From Thermodesulfobacteriota bacterium (GTDB lineage Bacteria > Desulfobacterota > Desulfobulbia > Desulfobulbales > SURF-16): a DNA stretch of 64,000 bases. Positions within the stretch are counted from its first letter, which is position 1. Each line of letters opens with the position of its first letter. The notes beneath the pieces are model-generated. The model was not told where the DNA came from. It was given only the letters and a program-made list of their open reading frames with translations, and did not search any database. The stretch is taken from positions 32,001 to 96,000 of the forward strand of contig JBDLIE010000002.1 in assembly GCA_039715015.1 (NCBI GenBank), read 5' to 3'. This document shows positions 30,671-39,437 of this stretch, one piece after another. Both the position numbers and the translations under genes were made by a program.

Positions 30671-32179
30671 ATGAATTCATTGCGATTCACCATTAAGTTA
30701 AAAAGTCTTATTTTTACCGTTTTTCTCAGTATCATTATTCTCGTAACCATTTTTTTTGTGAGCCGCTCCATGCAACAGGTCGAACTGATCTGGACTAATT
30801 ACAACCAGCAATCCGTGGCCAAACTATCCTTGCTCAGTGAAATAAAATCTCAATTTGGCTATGGCGGCTTTATCCACAATTTCAAAAACTATGTACTCCG
30901 GGGCCAATCCAAATACATTGACCGCTTCAAAAACAATAGCTCTGTCATGGAAAAGGCCATTCAGCAGCTCAAAAAAATCAGCCCCAGTGACCATGAACAG
31001 CAGGCTATCAGAAAAATAGAGAGGGTTGCCAAGGCCTATAGCGACAATATGAAGATTGCTGCCTCCTTGGTGGCGCAGGGCAAGACTGCGACAGAAATTG
31101 ATAAGACCGTTAAGATTGATGATTCACCCGCCTTTGAGGGATTTAAGACCATCACCACCTCGATAGTGGCCGGCGAGACAAACAACTCAGCAGCCATGCA
31201 AAAGACCCTATCTTCCCTGCGCATCACAGCAACGATTGCCATTGCAATCCTCATTATTGCCATTGCCGCCTATCTTATCATGGTGCGCAGTGTGACCCTA
31301 CGCCTTCTACAGGTCACCTCTTTTACTAAAATACTGGGCCGGGGAGATTTTTCCAATGAGCTTACCGTCAAGGGTGACGATGAGTTACATGAAATGTCTG
31401 ACAGCCTTAACTCAGCTATTAACAGCCTTAACGATTCCATCAAGACAAATACCGCCATTTCTCAGGGACTTTCTGATGCGGCCAGCGGCCAGGCAGCAGC
31501 CCTGGAAGAAACCTCCTCCTCCCTGGAAGAGGTCAACGCCATGACCAAACAAAACTCCGAAAACACTGGTACCGCCCATCTAATGGTCAAACAGACGGGA
31601 CAGGGGGTTTCCCGTGCTGCAGACTCAATGGACAAAATCACCCGGGCCATGGATGGAATTTCAACTTCGAGTCAGGAGACATCCAAAATTATCAGGACCA
31701 TTGATGAAATTGCCTTCCAGACCAACCTGCTGGCCTTAAATGCAGCAGTAGAAGCAGCCCGGGCCGGTGAGGCAGGAGCAGGTTTTGCGGTTGTGGCAGA
31801 GGAGGTACGGAATCTGGCCATGCGCTCAGCTGAGGCGGCCAAGAGTACTGCTGAACTTCTGGAGGACACCATCAGCAAGGTTGGTGACGGCTCTAAACTT
31901 GTTACAGAAGCCCAGGAAGAATTCAGCGCCGTTGCCGCAGATATGGACAAAGTCTCCAATATTATAGATGAAATTACCACTGCCTCCGACGAACAGGCCC
32001 TCGGTGTTGAACAGATCAACCGGGCCATTCATGAACTGGATAGCGGCATACAGGACACAGCTGAAAATGCCAGAAATCTGGCAACCTCCATGTCTCAATT
32101 CAAAGTCAGTGGTATCGACCAAGGGGACAACTCATGGCAGCCAGGAGCCCCTGAATACGAGACCATGCTCCTGCAATAA
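30671..32179 (+). CDS. Methyl-accepting chemotaxis protein
   Basis: Two TMs, periplasmic domain containing GYGGFIHNFKNYVLRG, HAMP and the MCP signalling tip. Confidence 0.92.
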   Translation: MNSLRFTIKLKSLIFTVFLSIIILVTIFFVSRSMQQVELIWTNYNQQSVAKLSLLSEIKSQFGYGGFIHNFKNYVLRGQSKYIDRFKNNSSVMEKAIQQLKKISPSDHEQQAIRKIERVAKAYSDNMKIAASLVAQGKTATEIDKTVKIDDSPAFEGFKTITTSIVAGETNNSAAMQKTLSSLRITATIAIAILIIAIAAYLIMVRSVTLRLLQVTSFTKILGRGDFSNELTVKGDDELHEMSDSLNSAINSLNDSIKTNTAISQGLSDAASGQAAALEETSSSLEEVNAMTKQNSENTGTAHLMVKQTGQGVSRAADSMDKITRAMDGISTSSQETSKIIRTIDEIAFQTNLLALNAAVEAARAGEAGAGFAVVAEEVRNLAMRSAEAAKSTAELLEDTISKVGDGSKLVTEAQEEFSAVAADMDKVSNIIDEITTASDEQALGVEQINRAIHELDSGIQDTAENARNLATSMSQFKVSGIDQGDNSWQPGAPEYETMLLQ

Positions 32180-32261
32180 CCTTGCAAGGTCCGCTCCCTG
32201 GACATTCCAATAGGGACCTGACGCAATCAACTACGATATTGAATTTCTCTTGTCTGAAAGG

Positions 32262-34883
32262 TTACAGAATTTTCTGCAAAGCCTGATAGTCTGTCTTACC
32301 TGTGCCAAGGACAGGAATCTCCTCAACTTCGACAAGACGGCGGATATTATGAAGGGCTGAAAGCCCGGCTTTGCGGATGGCCTTATTGGCCTGATCCCTT
32401 GTTATGCCGAAGGTAACAAAGAGAACCACCTCAGGCTGCTCCTCATCCGGGGTTGCCTCCACGGCCAGGGGAACACCTTCATCATTATCAGTATCGAGTG
32501 TGGCCAATAGGGCTGCTTCGATGGCAGGCAGGGAAATCATCTCACCTCCCAGCTTGATAAAACGTTTGAGGCGGCCACGAAAACTGAGAACACCCGCACC
32601 ATCCTCTGAAACCAGGTCACCTGTTTCATACCACTCTTTGCCGTCATGCTCCACAAAGGGCTGCTTGCCGTCATGATTGAGGTAACCCTTAAAAACATTA
32701 GGACCTCTCACCAGGAGCATACCCTGTTCTCCTAAACTTACGGGTTTGCGGCCATCCACATCGACAATAACATGCTCCATGGAGGGCAACATAGGCCCGA
32801 TGGTGCCAGGCACTGGATTGTCCGGATTATTGAGGCTAACGCCAGGGGCGCACTCCGTAACACCGTAGGCCTCACACATCACAACCTGGGGACAATCCTT
32901 GGCCATAGATTGATAGACATGCTCAGGGCATTTTTCTGCCCCGGTAAAGACCAGGCGAAGAGTGTCGAGCTGCCCTGGCTCAGCGGCGCGCAGAATACCG
33001 TTTAAAAAGGTAGGAGTGCCAATCAAAACGGTGTTCTTGTACACCTCAGTAATTCTAGCAAGGACACCAGCCTCGGTAGGGTTAGCATGATAAACCGTTT
33101 TCATGCCCATACACACAGGGAGGAGAAGTGTTCCGGTGAGCCCCAATGAGTGGAAAGGCGGCAGCATACCCAGCAGGCTATCATCACCATGAAATTTCAA
33201 AACCTGGGCAACATCCTGAAGGTTAGCAAGAAAGTTTCCGTGGCTTAGGGGCACGGCCTTAGGTCTGGCCTCGGAACCGGAGGTAAAAAGAATAGCTGCA
33301 ATGTCAGTAGCGGATCCATGACGAGAAAGCAGAGACCAGCTCCCATAACTTTTCATCTTTGCAGAAATTTTCCGCGGCAGGGAAAAGGTCTTAGCCAAGT
33401 CTTCAAGATGGAGCCAATCCGCCTTGAGGCCGTCAAGCTTAATCCCCTGCCCTGCCAGACGACCTACCAGGGCTTTTGCAGAAACCACCGTTTTCACCCC
33501 AACCTTCTCAAGGCAATAGGCCATATTGCCCTCACCAACGGTCCAGTTCACCATCACCGGTGTTTTCCCGGCAAAAAGCAAGGCAAGATAGCCAATGGTA
33601 CAGCCCACGCCAGCCGGCAGCATGAGTCCGACATTATCGCCGGGGATCTTGGCAAATTCCGGCACCAAAAGATGAAGGGCCGTTACAATATCGCGATTGC
33701 TGCGAGCACCACTGCGTAAATCAGCAACGATGGTTTTAGAGGGATTATTTATGGCTTGCTGCAGAAAAAGCTCTGTGATGGTCTCCCCTTTACCCAGGGT
33801 CAAAAGATCGGTGTTCTTATTGGTAAACCATTTTGCAGGAGGAGCGGAGACCTGATCATTTTTGCGGCTGATGATCTGACCAGAAGCAGCCAAGAGAAGA
33901 TCCTCGGCTGTATTAAGCGCTTCTAAATCATCAATGGTATAGCCAAACTCCTGTTCAATCCAGGCGGCAATCTCTGCCAGCCCCAGGGAGTCTACCCCCA
34001 GTTCACTGGCAAGCTTGTCCTTTTTGAGAATATTTTCGGCGCCGCTTATCTCTGTTATCTTGGCAAAAACCTGTTTTATCACCGCGTCGCTTACCGCTCC
34101 GGAATCTCCAGTGATTTTCTTTCGGCCAGGTTCCGGCATAATGCGCGGCCTGCTTCCCTTCCACCAAAAGTGGGGGACAAAGGTATTTGCAGCGGCCTTG
34201 CTATTATAGAAATCTTCTAAATATCGATTTAACACCAGCCTCTCGCCTGAATGGGGGATATCCTCAGGTTCTTCAAATTCGATAACAACCTGCCGTTTGG
34301 GCATAAAAAAAATAGCGTTCATCAGGAAGTAAAAGAAATGCTTGATGATATCGGCAAGAAGTGTGGGCGTTTTGCCGCTGGCCTTCGAAAAGGAGGAACC
34401 CCAAAGGCCTGTGGTTCGGACAAGCACAACGCGAATGTCCGGGGCCTGTTTTAGGATGGCAGCAACACCACCATTCCCCCGGATGGATTCATTTTGACTG
34501 CGATAGATACGCCCGGATGGGTAGAGCAGAACATTATCACCATGGTGCAAACTTTCGGTGATCTCGCCCATGGCTTGTAAAACCTCATCGCGGCTATGGC
34601 GGCCCTTGGTGGCGATATCCGGGATCGTTACACAGCGCACCATCTTCATTACCTGGCGGACAACCGGGATATCGACCTGGCTCTCGTCCGCCAGAGGACG
34701 GGGCCTAAAACGCTTATGCAAGGAGACATACATGATCAAGGGATCAACAAGAGCTGGATGGTTGGGCAGAAACAGGATGCCCTGCTGGGGGCCTGTTGGT
34801 TTGAGCCGGTCCAATCCCTTAAGAGTAATACGATAGCGCAAGCGCAAAAGAGTGCGCATAATGAAAACGATTATATTCAGCAT
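32262..34883 (-). CDS. Aas-like acyltransferase/ACP/acyl-ACP synthetase fusion
   Basis: PlsC motifs NHPALVD and YPSG, ACP motif LGVDSL, AMP-binding motifs FTSGSEARPK and GTGKTDY. Confidence 0.87.
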   Translation of the reverse strand: MLNIIVFIMRTLLRLRYRITLKGLDRLKPTGPQQGILFLPNHPALVDPLIMYVSLHKRFRPRPLADESQVDIPVVRQVMKMVRCVTIPDIATKGRHSRDEVLQAMGEITESLHHGDNVLLYPSGRIYRSQNESIRGNGGVAAILKQAPDIRVVLVRTTGLWGSSFSKASGKTPTLLADIIKHFFYFLMNAIFFMPKRQVVIEFEEPEDIPHSGERLVLNRYLEDFYNSKAAANTFVPHFWWKGSRPRIMPEPGRKKITGDSGAVSDAVIKQVFAKITEISGAENILKKDKLASELGVDSLGLAEIAAWIEQEFGYTIDDLEALNTAEDLLLAASGQIISRKNDQVSAPPAKWFTNKNTDLLTLGKGETITELFLQQAINNPSKTIVADLRSGARSNRDIVTALHLLVPEFAKIPGDNVGLMLPAGVGCTIGYLALLFAGKTPVMVNWTVGEGNMAYCLEKVGVKTVVSAKALVGRLAGQGIKLDGLKADWLHLEDLAKTFSLPRKISAKMKSYGSWSLLSRHGSATDIAAILFTSGSEARPKAVPLSHGNFLANLQDVAQVLKFHGDDSLLGMLPPFHSLGLTGTLLLPVCMGMKTVYHANPTEAGVLARITEVYKNTVLIGTPTFLNGILRAAEPGQLDTLRLVFTGAEKCPEHVYQSMAKDCPQVVMCEAYGVTECAPGVSLNNPDNPVPGTIGPMLPSMEHVIVDVDGRKPVSLGEQGMLLVRGPNVFKGYLNHDGKQPFVEHDGKEWYETGDLVSEDGAGVLSFRGRLKRFIKLGGEMISLPAIEAALLATLDTDNDEGVPLAVEATPDEEQPEVVLFVTFGITRDQANKAIRKAGLSALHNIRRLVEVEEIPVLGTGKTDYQALQKIL

Positions 34884-36148
34884 GGAGAATCCTTCTTACC
34901 ATAACGTTGAAAAGCAAAACTAAAACAAAAGGCAGCAACTGCTGTTGTAGAACCAAGGATCAGCATGGCAGTGCTGGGAGAGAGATTTCTATTCAATATC
35001 TCAAAGCAGGTGCCGGATAAGAAAATACCGCTGAAGGCGGAAAAATTTGACACCGCTATAATCTTGCCCTTTTGGTCCTTCCGGGGGCGAAGTTGAATAA
35101 AACTGGCCAGTGGTATGAGAAAAAGTCCTCCACCACACCCAGCAATGACAAGGGCCAAGATGAGCAAAGGCAGTTGAAGGCTCCCTCCGGTGAAATGGAT
35201 AGCCCCGAAGCTCGCCACAAGACCACACCCCATAACCAATACCGCCGGCCCCATAACCTTATGCCATCCCGGACCACTGGCAATCTTGGCAGCGAGGAAA
35301 GATCCGGCACAGACGCCAACCATGAGAGAAACCACGAGAAGGCTGGTCATGGTTTGCGACAGACCAAGCTCGGTTAAGCCCATAACATTTATCACTAAAA
35401 CGACAATGGAGGATATGAAATAAAAAAAAGCATCTCCACCAATGGCAGTAAGCAGAAGGCGGTCAGTCCGTACTTTGTAGAGATCAATAAGGGAGTGGAG
35501 AGGGCCAAGCCACGGAAAACTCTCACGTGCTCCTGCAGCCGGTCGTTTAACCACGCCAAAGCTCACCAACACACCAATGACAGAAACCAAGAGAACAAAA
35601 ATCGCCACTAACACCCTGCCAAAGGGGACAGCTGTGGCATACCAGCTCTGATCCAAGGCCACTCCTGCTAAACCGATACCGGCAAGGATAGCCAGGGTAG
35701 TGACAAGCTTGATCACGGCATTGGCCGTGGTCACATATTCTTTAGGGTAGAGTTCTGGGATGGAGCCATTAATGGCAGGCCCAAAAAGAGTGGACTGAGC
35801 CGCCATAATAAAGACCATGGCCAGGATACAAGGCCAATTCAGGGTCATTATTCCATAGGCCCCCACCAACATGGCGCCAAGCTCTAAGATCTTGGCGCCC
35901 ACCACAACATTTTTCTTAGAAAACCTGTCGGCAAGCCACCCAGCATGAGCTGAAAAGAGAATAAAAGGCAGCGAAAAAAGCATGGTAGCTGTGCCCTGTA
36001 GACCGCTTAAACCAGCGCTTACGGCAAGAAGCATGGCCGCCTGTTTAAAGAAATTATCGTTAAAAGCGCCCATAAAATAGGTAATGGCCATAGCAATAAA
36101 ACGAGAACGGCCTTTTTTAATCTGCGCTTCTATTTCAGGGGAATACAT
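34877..36148 (-). CDS. LplT-like MFS lysophospholipid transporter
   Basis: GAFNDNFFK, LPFILFS..AGWLADRFSK and QSTLFGP motifs; overlaps the aas-like gene. Confidence 0.85.
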   Translation of the reverse strand: MYSPEIEAQIKKGRSRFIAMAITYFMGAFNDNFFKQAAMLLAVSAGLSGLQGTATMLFSLPFILFSAHAGWLADRFSKKNVVVGAKILELGAMLVGAYGIMTLNWPCILAMVFIMAAQSTLFGPAINGSIPELYPKEYVTTANAVIKLVTTLAILAGIGLAGVALDQSWYATAVPFGRVLVAIFVLLVSVIGVLVSFGVVKRPAAGARESFPWLGPLHSLIDLYKVRTDRLLLTAIGGDAFFYFISSIVVLVINVMGLTELGLSQTMTSLLVVSLMVGVCAGSFLAAKIASGPGWHKVMGPAVLVMGCGLVASFGAIHFTGGSLQLPLLILALVIAGCGGGLFLIPLASFIQLRPRKDQKGKIIAVSNFSAFSGIFLSGTCFEILNRNLSPSTAMLILGSTTAVAAFCFSFAFQRYGKKDSPC

Positions 36149-36178
36149 TTTGTCCTTGTAAAAATATTGTGTCTGCTT

Positions 36179-36680
36179 CTAAAAAAGCAAAGTGGAGCTA
36201 ATGGCAATACTGGTAAGATCCCCAGCAAGATGGCTCACATAACAATCAACAAGGGACCAGCCCTGCAGACGTTTGCCGGCCAGCTCCACAAGGCACCAAC
36301 CACCATGGTGGCAAAGGTAAAAATCAGGACCAAATTTAACTGAAAATAAGGCAACAAGGTAAAATAATGATGGAACCCCAAAAAAGTCCATTAAGCCCTA
36401 TAATAACCGCTGGATGTTTACCACGAATTCGCGATTCAGCCAGCAAAAAACCACGCCAAAACCACTCTTCAAGGGCTGAGTTGATGGTCAGGCCCCAAAA
36501 GGCCGCCAACAAACAATAGCTGTTTATGCCTACTTGTGACGGCTACCTTTCCCATCAAGATCAGGAAAAAAGCAAGGGAAAGACCTTGAGATAAAAAGAA
36601 CTCCAGGTTGTGAAGGCCGGCAACAGGCCCATGAGTAGGAGAAGGACTAACGGTAGAGGGGAATGAGGACGTCTCGACAT
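36179..36680 (-). pseudogene. Frameshifted CPBP (Abi/CAAX) intramembrane protease pseudogene
   Basis: Motifs EEWFWRGFL, GFHH and SHLAGD occur in order but in three different frames; internal stops follow the ATG at 36680. Confidence 0.72.
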
Positions 36681-36925
36681 TTACTGAGGGTTAAATCATC
36701 TATTGGCTTAGAATTTCACGAACAACGCTTGATTCATTATAAACATAAAGATGATTCCTCTCCCCCACTTTTAACAGTATAATCTTCTCAACGTAGAAGA
36801 TTAAAAAAATCTGTATATCACTCATCTTCAGCAATAAGCTGTTCATGCTCCATGAGGCATGGCTATCTATTACCGGCTGAAGCAAGATAGTAATCAAAAA
36901 ATTGTAGGGAAAATAGATAACAACT

Positions 36926-37282
36926 ATGCAAAACCAGATACTTCTTCTACTCTTTGGCATCCTGGTTGGAATGGCGGCCTCCTTCTCAGGGCTTGGCGGC
37001 GGATTTCTTATGGTGCCGCTCCTCATCTTGCTGGGCTATACAGCCCAAAAGGCGGTGGGCACCTCATTTGTGGCTATTCTGGCCATTGCTATTTCCGCTC
37101 TTGTCGCCCATAACAAACTGGCCCATATCGATTACCGGGCTGGATTGCTTCTTGGTGCAGGTGGTGTTCTTGGCGCCCAGGTTGGTGCCCGTCTTATCGA
37201 TCAGGTCAGCACCGCTAATTTTAAAAAAATCTTTGCCATTATCCTTCTCGGCCTGGCCGGTTATCTCTTTTGGCATAAATGA
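36926..37282 (+). CDS. Half-size TauE/SafE family membrane protein
   Basis: SGLGGGFLMVP, AVGTS and GAQVGA motifs; 118 aa, one repeat only. Confidence 0.82.
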   Translation: MQNQILLLLFGILVGMAASFSGLGGGFLMVPLLILLGYTAQKAVGTSFVAILAIAISALVAHNKLAHIDYRAGLLLGAGGVLGAQVGARLIDQVSTANFKKIFAIILLGLAGYLFWHK

Positions 37283-37353
37283 CGTAACAGGTAGAAACCC
37301 CTTTCAGGAAAATTGCCAAGCCTCCTGCCACTATATTATTTTGTAGAAAAACT

Positions 37354-37836
37354 ATGACAACAACCCTCTTTCTCCATGGTCTTGACTCTTCTAGCCAGGG
37401 AACTAAAGGCCGTTATTTCAACACCCATTTCCCAGATGTCCTCAGTCCTGATTTCAATGGTGACCTTGAGCAACGTTTAATTCAGCTTGAAAAGGTCTGC
37501 TGTGACTTTGAAAAAGTTATTCTCATCGGCTCAAGTTTTGGTGGGCTCATGGCCACATGTTTTGCCATTCTCCACCCATCGCGTGTGGTAAAGCTTATTC
37601 TTCTTGCCCCGGCATTAAATTTCGAAGATTATCATCCCCCTGCAACCATGATTGCTTCCCCTACCCTTCTTGTTATGGGCGCACAAGATAGTGTCTGCCC
37701 GCCTGAGATAGTCGTGCCATTAGCAGATGCAACGTTTAGCAACCTGAAGACCCAGATCTTTGCTGATGATCATCTTTTAAGAAAGGTATTTCCTGAGATG
37801 GACTGGCACAAACTGCTTGGCGGCGCGGGGAACTGA
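37354..37836 (+). CDS. Small alpha/beta hydrolase (YqiA/YcfP-like)
   Basis: LHGLDS, nucleophile elbow GSSFGG, and Asp/His in GAQD and DDH. Confidence 0.85.
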   Translation: MTTTLFLHGLDSSSQGTKGRYFNTHFPDVLSPDFNGDLEQRLIQLEKVCCDFEKVILIGSSFGGLMATCFAILHPSRVVKLILLAPALNFEDYHPPATMIASPTLLVMGAQDSVCPPEIVVPLADATFSNLKTQIFADDHLLRKVFPEMDWHKLLGGAGN

Positions 37837-37854
37837 AAGTAGCGAGGGAAACTC

Positions 37855-39156
37855 TTACTCTGATTCGCCATAGCGATACTTGATATCCTGCAGAATAAAA
37901 TTCTCCAGGGTGTTATCAAAGGAACCTTTCAAACAATCCACTTTTTCCATATTGCCGTCTCTGACCAAAGCCAGATAACGGCACCCCCCAAAACAAAGGG
38001 GCAGATATTGGCATGAGCGGCATTTATTCTCATATTGCCAGTTATCGGTATGATACATAGAAATTTCTTTAACACCATTCCAGATATCACCTATCTCATA
38101 GTCGGGACGGCCAATAAGAACCGGACATTTACACAATGTGCCATCATAATTAATGGTCAAACTGTCATGACGCAGCACCTTGCACGGATTAGGCTTTTCC
38201 TCAGGGTAATAGTAGCCGGCTGCAAGTATTTTCTCTCTTAGCATTGACTGTGCCTGGACAAGCCACGTCTCTGTTAAAGTCTCACACCCTTGGCGATAGC
38301 TGCTCTCGGCAACATCATCCGTCTGCTGCATAACCGATGCAAAACGCACCTGATGAAGATGGTCCGGGCCAAGGTCTTTCTCTGCCAGGATATCCAGTAA
38401 CTCGGGAAATCGGTTATAGATGTGTTCAGTGAAATTCCCACCAAGGGATAGGGTGATCAGATCAGCACAGGATCGAAGATTTTCCAGAATAACAGCAAAG
38501 CTTGGTTTCCCAGAGATATAGGGGCGAGAATTATTGTGAAGATCAGGTGGGCCGTCCAGGGTTATCTTGGCTCCCACAAGTCCGTATGGGATAAGGCTTT
38601 TTACTGTTTCAGAGGTCAACAGTGAGCCATTAGTGATAAGGGAAAATTCAAACTCTCTCTCTCTCTGGGCCGTCATTTCCTGAAAGCCCTGACAAAGTTG
38701 CCGTATCAACGGCACATAGAGAAGGGGTTCACCGCCATAAAAGGTGATACTGAGCTTATCCCTGTCTTCAAACTGGCCCTCAACATACTTCAGCAGTTGA
38801 GCAGCAGTGTCAGCAGACATTGAAGACTTATCAGCTTTCAAACTCCCCTCATAGCAATAGGAACAGGCAAAATTACAAGCCATCCCTAGAATGATATCGA
38901 GATATAGACCTGAGCATCTTTTATTTATCTGATCAACAAAGGAGAAAACCTCTTGCTGTTCCGCCTCCAGGTCGTCCACAACAAAACCAAGCTCCGCAAG
39001 TTGTGGAACTATTTCGCCATCAAAACTACCTGATTTGAGGGCAACGAAATCAGCATCTTCCACAACAACAAGAGCTCCATTTTTGGTGGAATATAAAACA
39101 GTGAGACCTGATGAAGTATCCAATGGGAAATTTTTCAGGTAATGGGAAAGATGCAT
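37855..39156 (-). CDS. Radical SAM/SPASM peptide maturase (geopeptide-maturase-like)
   Basis: CNFACSYC, FYGGEPL, ITNG and TLDG; SPASM C..DGTLCKC..CRSCQYLPLCFGGC..C; N-terminal extension; small peptide ORF upstream. Confidence 0.9.
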   Translation of the reverse strand: MHLSHYLKNFPLDTSSGLTVLYSTKNGALVVVEDADFVALKSGSFDGEIVPQLAELGFVVDDLEAEQQEVFSFVDQINKRCSGLYLDIILGMACNFACSYCYEGSLKADKSSMSADTAAQLLKYVEGQFEDRDKLSITFYGGEPLLYVPLIRQLCQGFQEMTAQREREFEFSLITNGSLLTSETVKSLIPYGLVGAKITLDGPPDLHNNSRPYISGKPSFAVILENLRSCADLITLSLGGNFTEHIYNRFPELLDILAEKDLGPDHLHQVRFASVMQQTDDVAESSYRQGCETLTETWLVQAQSMLREKILAAGYYYPEEKPNPCKVLRHDSLTINYDGTLCKCPVLIGRPDYEIGDIWNGVKEISMYHTDNWQYENKCRSCQYLPLCFGGCRYLALVRDGNMEKVDCLKGSFDNTLENFILQDIKYRYGESE

Positions 39157-39196
39157 AAAGCGAAGAAGGTATCAGTAAAAACATGGTCATCAAACA

Positions 39197-39228
39197 AAAC
39201 GAGGAGACCTTAAAAGGTCTCCTCGTTT
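39197..39228 (-). terminator. Strong hairpin / leaky terminator between precursor and maturase
   Basis: 15-bp inverted repeat aaacgaggagacctt-aa-aaggtctcctcgttt; on the minus strand the arm ends in a U-rich run (ttttgttt). Confidence 0.75.
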
Positions 39229-39256
39229 CACATAAACTTTTCTAGGATTTCCTGGA

Positions 39257-39352
39257 TCAACCGCTTGGAGCACCGGGAGGGCAGAAAGCTTTAGATTTTG
39301 CAATAACCTCTGCCGTTGTTCCTTGATTTAAAACTATGACCTTCTTTTTCAT
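39257..39352 (-). CDS. Putative RiPP precursor peptide MKKKVIVLNQGTTAEVIAKSKAFCPPGAPSG (31 aa)
   Basis: Strong RBS GGAGGT 7 nt before the ATG. Lies between the TonB receptor and the rSAM/SPASM gene. Leader-like N-terminus and Cys/Pro/Gly core. Confidence 0.8.
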   Translation of the reverse strand: MKKKVIVLNQGTTAEVIAKSKAFCPPGAPSG

Positions 39353-39437
39353 TCTATCAACCTCCGCGCTAAATTACCTAATCAATGAGTGGATCATTTT
39401 CAAATAAACCTATCACACCGTTACCTAAAAAACAAAT

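Noticed and set aside
3940..31840. Near-identical DNA at about 3945-4070 and 31700-31830
   Set aside because: This is the universally conserved MCP signalling tip in two paralogues, not a mobile repeat.
38653..38666. (CT)n microsatellite inside the maturase as a phase-variation site
   Set aside because: Short, in frame (encodes RERE) and compatible with chance.
39242..39259. Selenocysteine read-through of the precursor's TGA (would give ...PSG-U-SRKS)
   Set aside because: The only nearby stem is weak (agg/cct), starts within a few nt of the UGA and lacks the 15-16 nt, G-loop geometry of the two good candidates. Treated as a true stop, though homologue alignment should confirm this.
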